A stretch of DNA of 64,000 bases. Source: Ascidiella aspersa (Eukaryota). Location of the stretch: assembly GCA_963924565.1 (NCBI GenBank), contig OZ004607.1, positions 2,976,001-3,040,000 of the forward strand. The letters run 5' to 3'. The translations under genes and the position numbers were made by a program. Positions 44,901 through 57,000 of this stretch are shown in pieces. Below the pieces are notes generated by a model, which did not search any database, had not been told where the DNA came from, and saw only the letters and a program-made list of their open reading frames with translations. Position 1 is the first letter of the stretch. Each line of letters opens with the position of its first letter.

Positions 44901-45047
44901 ACATCTTATATTTAACAGTAAACTTAAAGCAACACAACATTCGATAATATAGTTTTTTTTGCACCCGCAGTGAAAGGCAAACGTAACTAGTTACACAAGA
45001 TAAAACTAAGCAAAAGAAACTCAAATCGTTTGAATACGGAACGAACC

Positions 45048-48000
45048 TTAGAACTCGATTTTGCACGCTTCAACGCTCTCGTTATGCATCATCACCTTGC
45101 TCCCGCTCGCCACCAAGTGGATGTTTTCGGCCTCCATTTCACGGTGTTGCTTCTGGTACCTAGAAATTAAAACAAAGCATTTAAAAAGTAGAAAAAATGT
45201 CTTTAGTTTTAAGAAAATTTTCGCCAGGCCCATTGTTTTACACCAGCTCTGTTAAGGAGGATAAATTGGAGAAATGATTTATAAAAAATTCCTCCCAAAA
45301 GTGCAAAAATACTTGATAAACAAGATCAGTGTTTTTTTTAAGGTGTTTTGGGGGACCGTCAAATTTCTCCAGCGGTTTCCCAAATTTTTGACTTGCAACT
45401 TTTTGGTATTTAAATGAACCACTTGCGGTCTCTTAAAACTACTTAGCGGTCACCCAAACCAAACCTTAAAAAAAAACCTGAACAAGATAATCAAAAAAGT
45501 GGATGTCCTACAACAATGTATAAATCAGCCAAGACACAAAAAGTTTAATTAGTTGTTTGAAGGCTTATTGGTTTTTAGTCGCGACAGATTTAGTTTTACG
45601 TAAACTAAATCGAGAAACCTAGCTGTAATTATTTTTGGATCCGTTTGGCGAAATTGTATTTATATTTTTTACTCCTTTTGGTTAAAAAATATAAAATTGC
45701 GAGTACTCGAGTCTAACTCGTCGCATTTTTAAAGCCGACTTTCCATTTTGTGCCGGAGTGTTACTTGGGTTAAAATTAAGTGTTTTTAATAAACATTTTT
45801 TAATAATTGGGTTATTGATGTTAAATTTTTTAAAACAATTTGACTGCCGTACATTGGATGTTTATTTCGTTAAGATATTGCAAAAATCAGAACCATTTTT
45901 ATTAGTAAACGTTTTTTTTACCTATTTAAGTAACTATATTTGTTTACCACACTGAAAGTTAGTCTAATTGACAAAATTTTGCACAACTACTCGTTTTGGT
46001 TGGGTAGCATAAAAAATCGAGTAATCGTTCCAAACCCGAGTAGTGGCGACGGTTTTACTCGATTACTTACCACTCAGCAAGTGCCGGAGTGTTGTGAGTT
46101 GGCAGAACAGTAACGTTCTCGCAGTCCTGCCCGGGGGCGCCACCCGCTGGCGGCTTTCCCCACTGCTTCTTGCCCGCTAGGAGGCACTCGAGCACCTGTC
46201 CGCTCGGCTCGTCGCGGCTTACGTCGTTACCGCTCACAACGTAGTACCTGCGTCATAATGGATTATTGTTTACGCGGTACAGCACCGTAACCACCAGCGA
46301 GTGTACAGGAACAATAGAGAGCCGGATTGATGAAATTTTTTAGAATTTTTTGTGAAAATAGTGTTAAAACTATGGGAAACTTGTGAACAATTTATTTAGC
46401 TATACAAGTAGAATATTTTGGAAGCCTTTTCTTTTATAGCATGATTCTGTCGCCCTCTCCTGCTTCAAATATTTGTGTACATGTGCAACTTATACTTATG
46501 TTTATACCGAGAAAAGCCAACGGTTTAACAATTTTTCAGGAAACATATATTATTAAAACAAAGGAAAAAAATATTTTTAACTGATAATATTATCTTAAAA
46601 TATTAAATATGTGGACCTCATACTAAAGTTCTAACGAAATAATTGCCCTGGTGCGATAGGTTCACGTTGCAATGCAATTTAAATATTTTAAATATCACAT
46701 TTTCTTAATGAAAGTCAGTCGTTTTACAAGATGGAAACAGTAATAATCATTTTGCCTAAAATGGCATCTTCGGTATCGTTATCATTCTACTAAATTCTTC
46801 GCCGACGGTCCTACGGGATAAGTGCGTTGCTAGAAGCGCAACACGTGTTTAGCACATACACCAAAGAATAAAAACGAACAGTCAAAATCGACAAGGTACA
46901 AGTTGATAAAAAGCTAGAGTCAAAGAGTTCTTCGATTGCAAATTAGTTGTTTTTAAAACTATTTTATTACGAACCTGGCTCGAACTCGCTTAAAGAACTC
47001 GACGTCCACGTGGTTGCTGTTGACGTGGTGTGGGATGTAAGCGAGATCGACGTAGAATGAAGGAGGCTCGGATTTCTTGCCAGCGCTACCTGCTCAGAAA
47101 CTGGAGTGTTAGTGTTCCAACAAGTGCACACAGGTGGTGGAGTCATTGATTTGACTTTAATGCAAACATTTGAGTAATGGATTGAATTTAATTGCTGTCA
47201 TATACTGGACTTTAGTGAACAAAACTTTAGCCATGAGCTTGAATCAAGTGCACTTAAGTTAAGTCATGGACTTGACTTAAGTAAACAAATGTTGAGTCGT
47301 GGCCTTCAGTTAAGTACACATAAGTTGGGTCATTGACTTCTATAACAAATATTAAGAATATGTTTAAAACGGTTTCGCTGTTTGACTAATACGTTTAGAT
47401 TAATAAAAAACGGTGTTTTGAAAGTTGAAAAACATAGTCACAAAATTTGCAGTGAGAACAAGTATAAAAGGCCAAGAAAAAAAAAATTGTACCATTAAAT
47501 CATTGTCAACACTGGACAGTAACAAGAACACACACGAACACACAAACACGCACGCACACACACACAAAAAACAGTCACACACAAACATAAACTTACACAC
47601 GCACACATACAAACACCCACCTGTGGCATGTCCTGTCGGTTTCTTGACGGGCCTTGCTCCCCTCGTAGTATCTTGGGCCATCATGGGGTCCTGGGTGCGA
47701 ACGGGAAAGTACCCCTCCTCCTCGGTCCCCTGCACCCCCTGACCCTCTGGGGTCATGTGGGCGGTCAGCTCGGCCGCGAAGGGGTTGCTACTGGCCAGTG
47801 GCGCCATCGGTGCCGGTTCCAAATCTGCCGGGAAAGAAGTTTGTATTTAATGAATGTAGTAAATTCTCTACTATGTTACTTTGTGTGACGCATTTTTTTT
47901 ACCTAAAATAAAATACTTTGGGTAGAAATAACATTAGCAAACGCTAGGAATTTATCCACGCTTAAATTTATGTTCAACTTAGTCGAGTAATAAAGAATGG

Positions 48001-51000
48001 CTGTACTAACTACAGTGCAGAAAGCAAAATGTAGATTTAAAATGTCGAGCGATCATAGTAACTTATGCGAATAACTGTGGTTCTTAAACTTTTCTGGTCG
48101 CGTTGAAATAGTTGTGAATGTGAACAAGGTTTCAGAAGAAACCGCCATTGTTCAAAGTTAAACATGTAACTAGAAAACCTTGCTCGCAGTGCTATCTGTA
48201 GATTTTACGTTGATTGATCGATTTAATTTATCAAAGACAAGCTATAATTTCGACAGCCTTATTAGTAATATTATTATTATTAATATTATTATTATTAATG
48301 TTATCATATTTTTTGTAAATTAAGCTGTCGCGCAGCACTAAGGGTTGAGAACCACTGATACAAACAGCAAACCATAAATTTCCATATAAATCGTCCCAGT
48401 GTGTTTTGGTCCGAGTGCCGGATTTCAAGTTTTTTTATCTTGCGATCTTACCGGTTCGATCCTGGGAAGAGTGAAGATCCTCCATCCCGTGTCCCTCCAC
48501 GTCAACGAGGAGCGAAGATCCGCTCCTTCCCTCATTCTCATCTTTACTCCCAGATTCCTCGTGGAGGGAGAACATATTTTGCTCCTGCGCGGAAAGCGGC
48601 AATGTGAGTTGTGAAAATAGGTTTGCGATAAGAGCGTTCTAACGATTTCTAAAATCGGAAACTTCATGAAACCGGGTATGCAATGGCATTAGCCGGTTAT
48701 GCAACGGCATCAACCGGTTATGCAACTTATTAGCCGGGTACGCAATGGCATTAGCCGGGTACGCAATGGCATTAGCCGGGTACGCAATGGCATTAGACGG
48801 GCACGCAACGGCATTAGCCGGTTATGCAACGGCAATAGCCGGTTATGCAACGGCAATAGCCGGTTATGCAACGGCAATAGCCGGTTGTTCAACGGCATTA
48901 TCCGGTTATGCAACGGCTTAATGGCCGGTTATGCAACGGCGCCAAAGTTTACAGGGGCCACATTGGTTTAATAAGGAACTAATTTTGCAACAATCTCATA
49001 TAAAGTTGCAGTTCGCGAGTAACACAAAAGCACTTGAAGAGTCTGACACCTTCAAAGTACACAAAAACACGCAAGTAAAAATGAACTGCGACAGATGCCG
49101 GCAGAAAGCTGATTTTTCCATAAAAAAAAAACGAAACAAAAAAATGACGAAATTATCATATAAATAAAAAAGAAAAACAAAACAAATATGTTTTTACTAG
49201 AGCATTTACCTGGTGTTGATCAGATGCTGTTTTCTGAGCAGCGGCAAAACTGTCGAAGCTTGCTTCACTGATCGACATTATCGGAGCTCGGTCGAAATCC
49301 ACCTTTAAGCTGTCAACGCTGCTCTGCTGTTCGTAGCCGACCTTTTGTGATGCTGGTGTGCCTGTAATGAGAAAAATAAATGTAAAAAGTAATACGGGTT
49401 GGAAAAATAATAAAGAAATTAAATCGGGTAAAACTAGTAAGACGTTATACAAGACAAATATGTAGATCGTTTTTTAAGGTTTGTCTTTGGTGAACGGTAA
49501 TCATTTTAAGGATACGCTACTATTTCATTGGTTTTGCAAAAAAAACATAGTTTCCAAATGGGCTACGTTTTGAGGGAAAGTTGGGGAAATTTAAGAGACC
49601 ATTTCATTCCTTTAGATTAGAACACCCTCAATTCTCAGCAAAACAGATATTCTTGATTACTTTTTCAGATAGAAACGTAGGGCGTGAAAATAGTCTAAAA
49701 TACATTCGTACCAAGGGAACGCTGTCGCTATTCGCCATGCAATCTCCAAGACCGACCGTTTTTTGTGCGCCTTATAAATAAGCGCTATTTTTATTAAGTT
49801 AAAAAATTCAAGTCGATCCAAAAAAGGGCAAAGAAGGCAGATAAAAAAATTATGAGGCTAGGCAAACCGCCCAAAACATCATTAAAGGCGCTCGACAGTT
49901 CTAAGGGTGGATTAACACGCGGCGAAATTGCTGCTGCAATATTGGCGTCGGTAGACTTGTTTTTCACCATAGCTCGAATGGCTCGGGAAGAAATTGTAAA
50001 TAATTTAGACGAGCTTAAGAGTGGTCGGAATGCTTCTATGTTGATTGTTTTATTCATGAGAGGCGCTTGTGGGCTGCTGATACCTCACGCCATTATTGGC
50101 GGCATATGCTATTTGGAAGGTGTGTATCGTCATCTCGGGCCGAAGAGTTTACTGTCGGAACAACTGGAAACTATAAAGCATATCTATTTTATCATTGTAA
50201 ACATGTTAAAAGCTTCTGGGAGGAAAGCACATCTTGAAAAGCTTCAGAACATGTCCGTTTATTACTTCACTGTTGGCGTCATATGCTCTATTTGTCAGAA
50301 ATCAGAACATGTGTGATTTAATCTCTTTACAACTCCCTTATTAAGTAAAGGGGGCTGGTGGAACGTTAAAAAATGTAAAAGAATCGTCAAAATATAGCCT
50401 ACTGTAATTGCAGCTATCGATTTTTGTTACATACTTGAATAACTTACTTGAGGCCTCTGAAAATTTCTTAACATGCACCAAAGCTTTTAAAAAAAGCAAT
50501 TCAAAAACCTGGGCCAAACAAAAAAAATGGCTGGAGAAGTTGACTGAAAACACGAAAACGTTAAGTTATGAAATAACGACATTGGTCCATGGGGAGTCAG
50601 ATTGTGCATACACAAGTACGCAAGCACACATGTAACAGCTTGCTGACGCATCTATAGACACCAGACTCGACACACATCGAACGCATGTGTTTAACCTTTA
50701 AATTACAATTACGTCATCGTAGAAAACACTTGACGTTTGCTGTAAACAGATCAAAGCTTGCAGCTTTGCTATCGTGCTAAAAGCGGGTTTTATCTATAGT
50801 TTCAGTTGGAGAGGTGTCGTATATTTTGATATCGTTAATGATATTTTGTGAAAACGAATAACGATCTGATCTGATATCACACGGCTTGCTTTGCTTAAAT
50901 AAGCAACAAATGTTTAAACGTGCAAATGAAATGGCTTCCATGATTTTAGGCAAATACACGTTATTAAGGTATAAAAAAGCTCGATTGTTGTATTTTAACT

Positions 51001-54000
51001 ATTTAAGGATTTTAAATTATGAATTTTTGCTTGGTTGTAAAATTGAGAACAGTCACTGCCACAAAGTATTTTTAAGAATTTTAATCAGATTTTTTTATTA
51101 CGTTTTCAAGTTTAAACGCGCTAACTGAGTTCTATAACAAGCTACTGGATTAAAAAAATATCTTAAACCAATATTTCAAAGGGCAGGCTTGTGTAATAAT
51201 GCTTAGGGTTCTAAGCTTAAAGGCTTTTCAATATGCAAAACAACTAAAAGTCAACAAAAAAAAATTTAAGCTTGAAAAGAACTTGTGGTTGTGGCAGCCG
51301 ATAAAGAATCTTAATGCCTATTTTTGCATTTTTAAAAAAGGTGTCGGCGATACGAGACGAGATAACCCAGGAAAAAAATTCGTGCGGATGGGGGGTTATC
51401 AGATCTCGTGCATAAATGATGAGCGGGCCTAATGGCGCGACCTGACCCCGCGGGCCAGACGACCCTAGGTGCACGTCAGCTGCCGAGTGGAGTCACAGTT
51501 TAAGGTGGTTTACGTTCAACTCAGCATTTTATTCTTCTTTCGAAAATACCATTTTAAGTGATTTAAAGGAATTATACAAGTTGACCCCAGGCTCAAGGTA
51601 AATGTTGGAAAACCCGCTTTTAATTGTTTATATTTACTTCAGCTTTTTATTCCTCTTTCCCAGTGCATTTTTAAGCGATTTGCGTTTTTTCCACACAAAC
51701 GACACACCAAATAACAAAAACAGTCTCTTAAGCTGATTTCATAAATAAATTTATACATTAGTGTGGAATTAACTCTGGTAAACCAAAATTTTAATATAAT
51801 GTTCCGTTTGAGTTTGTAATCAAGCCAAATAGAAAACAAGGTGATTTTCTGAGTTTTATGATCACTGGTTGCTGTCTTCAATTTAAAATGGCGCTTCATA
51901 CATTATTTTTGGCGACGTGATCAACCTTACAATCCAGATTTATTGTCGCGACACAGACTGTCGCAGACAGTCGCTATCGCACTGGGATTTGAATAACGTT
52001 ATCAAGTGACGTGTGCCTTGTCGTAAGCCACATAATTAACTTTAAATGTCAAAACACTTCGCCTAAATAAAACGTCCATAGGACAACAACACGCCAGCAG
52101 TAAGCAATTTTGAAAACCCGTATTGGAGGTTAGAAAAAAAATGAACCATGTTTTACAAGCATAACGACCAAATGTAATTTGTTATAAATATCTTGTTTAA
52201 AACAATGACTAGTCGAATCATAAGATCAGGTTTACTTTAAAGCGAAAAAAAAAATCGACAAACTTAATGAGATATTTCCACTACAATGTGCTAAATAGTT
52301 ATTCCTGTAAGGTATTCAACATTTCTATAAAGTCCAACAAAAACATCTTAACATTATGACGTCAACAAAGCGCATTGTTATACTAGAACGTTGGAAATAA
52401 AAGTCGGAAAAAGACCTCAACTCAACATATACCGACATTTCAGTTAATACTGGTATACTTTTTGGGCAATGGGAAGAAACTGCCACTACATATTCACCCC
52501 TTACTTTACACATTACTTTATTTTGGTTTCAATGAAAAATTCACACACATATCTACGACTGTGATATGCCAGCCCTTCTAAAGCTGCTTTTTGACCAACG
52601 ATATCAGCTTGCGTATATTAGTACACCGAAAGCCATCTGTCGATCAATGATGCAAGCAAGCAGCAAGGTAAGCTAGAAAAACAACCAGCCTGTAGTGAGG
52701 TTCGAACTCACAACATCGGTCATCCTGGGATCGTCGCTCTACCAACTGAGCTACACAGGCTCAGAGAGGAGCGAGTCGAGAAACAACCATACGTCATTGC
52801 TTGCTACATTCTGTTGTTACAAGCAACTTCATATTGAAGGGGATCTACAGTACCATGTCATTATACATTTTATAGATCTTATTGTATACAGTTTCAAGAT
52901 GTTATATTAACCCAACAATCAACATATACTGGCATTTCAGTTATTCCCGGCCTACTATTTGGAAAAGAGAAGAAAACTGCCACTACTCATTCACCCCTTA
53001 CTTTACATATTACTATAGTTCATGTTTAGTAATAAAAAGCAGTTAATAAAACCTGTTTACCATACGCCAATACGTGCAGGGTTGGACTTAAGCACTCGCC
53101 CACTCGCCAATGCGAGTACAAATTGCTCTTGGCGAGTGCTGATTGACACCCACTCGCCCGACTGGCGAGTGGCTTCGGCGAAAAATTTAATTAGTTGGTG
53201 CAGGACAACTTGTGTTAAGCGCCACTACTAAAAATATTTTCTTAAACACTAAGGTGCAAATACATTCAACACTACACAAATAATAAGGTTGATCGAAGTC
53301 ACGTTCAAAGCTCGTAATAAAGACTCTTTGTCCCGTTTAAAAAAATCGTTTACCGGCGAACAATCAAAGACGTAATTGCTGCAGTGGTAAACAGTTATGT
53401 GGTTTATTGTTTAACTTCAACGTCGTTGACGCCTTTGGAAAAGTTTATTGGACGTGCAGTTTTGGGTAACAATAAGTTCAAAGCAAATGTCTTATAATAA
53501 TATTTATAAGCAATGTTTTTTTAAATGAGGGACTAAATCGGACCACTGAACACTACGATATTTGAAATATCGCCTACTTGTGTAACTACAGCTGAGCATT
53601 AGTAATTAGTCTACGTAAGTATGTTGAATAACTGTATGTAAATATTTTATACCGTATTTAAGATAGATACGAATCGAAACCATTGCGGACGCCCTTGGAA
53701 CATAGAAACGACCCACTATAGGGCATCGCGCAGCACAGAACCTCTGATGCATGGTTGTTAACTCAGCGAATAAATGGTTTAGTTGTAAATTTACAATTAT
53801 TTTGTCATTATTTTATCTGTTCAAACAGTAACTATAGTGTTGGGCGAAATGTGGCGTTTTGTTTGTGGCGCGAAGCAACCTGGATGAAACGTCCTTGAAG
53901 CACAGAAAACACAGAACACGAAAAAAAGAGCGCGCAAGGAATTGACAGTGTTATTTTTTCACTAAAGAATACCTTGGCTGAAAAACATTGTTTTAAGTGT

Positions 54001-57000
54001 AAACTGCTTTATAGGTCATTCATTTGTTTGTTCATCCATTCATTTGTTCATCCATGCATAAAAATAAACGACCAAACTTTTGTAAAAACAAATGTATACG
54101 ATAGGTTGGAAAGTACCCGGTCGGCCGCGGTTACAGCCGCGCATTTCATGTAAAGTCAACGTAAAATTCAGTCAGCCGCGAAAAATCGCTCAAACGCGCA
54201 AAACTTTCGTCGCGTTAAGAGTTTTCAGTATAGTATTCCATTTTCAGCCGTGCAAATTTTACAGATAACTTTATTACAGCCGCGCAATTTAAAGCTGCAA
54301 AATTGTCTCTCCCGCGCAAAATCTAAAGTTTACAATCTGGTGTTTTCGTATAGAAAAATACTGGTTAACGATAACCCAAGAAATTACCGCGCTAGGACGG
54401 AAATTTGCAGACAGCTGCCAAAAATTTGGCGAGTGTTATTTCGTCCTGGCGAGTGCTGATTGATAGCCGCTCGCCAAACTGGCGAGTAACCCTGACGTGC
54501 TACATTCTGTAGGTGCAAGCAACTTCACAGTGAAGGGGGATCTACAGAACCATATCAATATACAGTTTATAGGTATTGTCGTGTGCTACTTATTGTGTGT
54601 AGATTTACAAAAAGTCGGAAAAAGGGCCTACTTTAGTCCTACTTTCCGGCCTAATTTTTGGCCAATTGGAAGAAACTGCCACTACACATTCACCCCTTAT
54701 TTTACACATTACGGTATTTTTGTTAGTAAGACAAACCTGTTTTGACATGCTCCGGTTAATATTCTTGAGTCGTTTCTTTTCAAAGTCGGACAGTTTTTTA
54801 AATAATAACAAATAATCTAATCCCGATTCGACTTACCAAGATCGTGTGCGTGGAGATCCACCAGATCCCGACCAAATCCATCCTCCTCTTTCGGACTCTG
54901 ATCTTCGGCTGCTTCGGATGACTCAGGAAGATGAGTTGGAGGAAGTTGCTGGTGGACGGCGGATGTTGAGGATGAATGAAGAGGATCAAACTCCTTCGCC
55001 TCCGGATCGAGCTGGTGAACTCCAAAGGAATGGAAGATGTCCTCGTCTTTTTGAGGATGCGAGAATCCTGGAGGAGTGGAGGACTCGAGATCTAAATCAA
55101 GCAAAATACATTTAAGAAAAGTCTAGACCAGTGGTTCTCAACCTAGCTTGTTGTGCATAGCGCATTTTAGCCAAATTTCGATACAATTCTAGACTGGATT
55201 TTTTCCTTATATGAATTTTGGCAATTTTAAAGTGTGTTTATTATTTACTCAGGTTTATGTATCACACGCTATAATTGGGGGGTCGCGAAAGTTATCGAAA
55301 ACTTAAAACGGGTCGCGAGAACAAAAAGGTTGAGAACCACTGGTCTAGACATTTATTTGTTATGGCAGATATTAGTTCCAAGTATAAGTGAAATATATGA
55401 GAAGCTATATTTTGGCATAAAGTTAAAATGAGAGGAAAAATATTTCAAGTTGTCTGAAGACCAACAACCAGATTTAAATTGATGAAATAATAATAATATT
55501 ATTACTATTTTTGTTAATTTTGGGATCTAAGCCTGCTCCAACATTGCTAGTTGTTGATCTCTTCTCCATATCGTAATATTTCAGGTTTTGCTTAAACCAG
55601 ATTTAAAGGTTTGCCCTGAACCAGTGGTTCTCAACCTATGGCAAAACTGTCCTTCAAGCTTACTTGAAAAAATCATTTCGAAAAAACACCAATAGAACAG
55701 TTAAAAAAATGATCGCACAACACAAATATATGAAGAACGTCAACAGCAAAAGTTAAAAAGTATAATAATTTTTTATTATTTGAAAGGCTTTTTGCTGGGA
55801 TAACTCGTTCTGTAAAAATGAATAAACAAAAGAAAAGTCAAATTACACGATATATAATTTCAAGTCTTTCGCGAAAAAAACAAATTTTAAGTACTTCTAT
55901 TTCTAAACTATGCAGTTCCAAATACTGCCATGTGTAATATTAAACTAAAATTTTCTTAAAAAACATTATTTTATTTAAAAAAAACATGACAGTGCCTTGG
56001 CTTTGGGTTTATGTTACCTTGTCCGGAAATAGCCGCTCCTCCAGCGAGAAACAGATCCCGGTTGTCGTGTTGTTGGTCTTCTTCTTCCTCATCACTGATG
56101 TCCTCCAGCTGATTCTCCTCCTCCTTCGAGATCGCGAGTCCGGAAGATTTGTCGTCTTCTGCTGGTTGCCAAGCAACAAACGGCGGCGAAGAGTCTTTCT
56201 TTTCAGCGGAACCTAGAAGGCGGAAATGAGGTTTCGGGGTCTTGTGCAAATATATATTTCTGGAACTTGAAATATCTTTCCGTAATTTTAATCTGAAAAG
56301 CTCAATAAATTTTTTTTGGAACGGTTTTAAAAATCAAATTCTTCTGAAGTATTTTAAAAAATACAAAAAGATAGACATCTAAACTTGCAATATAATATAC
56401 ATTAGACTGTTAAAAGTATTTGTATAACTTTTAAAAAAAGTAGAAAAATACATTATTTTAAACTTAAAAAAATATTTGGCGATTTAAATAAAAGCAAAAC
56501 ATCAGCAATTATTAATAAAAAAAAATACAACTAACTTTCTGAATAATCATAATCCATTAAGCATTAGGCATTGCAATAAAGTTTTATTTTTTCTTCTAAG
56601 CAAATCTAAAAGTAACATCTACGTCTCCGAATAGAAAGTAACCTTCAGGTTACACAGAACCAACTGGAAAAAAAGACATTAAACCCTTTTAAAATACGAC
56701 TTTCACAAAGTTTGAATTTATAGTATTAGATTAAATACCGCATAAAAAGGATGCGTACCTTGATTTTCGAATTCCTTTTGCCACAAGTCATCACCTTCTT
56801 CTGGTTCTGGTGTGTGTTCAACAACAAGCTGCTTGTGTGCTTGATTTCCGTTGCTGTCCAGGTCTGACTCGACCTGTTGCGCCTCTCGGTCGTCTGGCAA
56901 AACCAGCGACTGAAAATCTGTGGGATGAAAGCCAGAATGAACAAAACACGGCAAACAATGGCGTTTAATGGTTGAAGAATGTAGTAGGGCGTGGTAGGAA

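Noticed and set aside
48699-48971. ORFs with RVRNGIS / LLPLHNR heptads
   Set aside because: By-product of a 21-bp tandem repeat, with no splice or promoter support.
52688-52760. Functional tRNA gene
   Set aside because: Lacks U33, the anticodon stem is mismatched and the loop differs between copies. It belongs to a repeat family.
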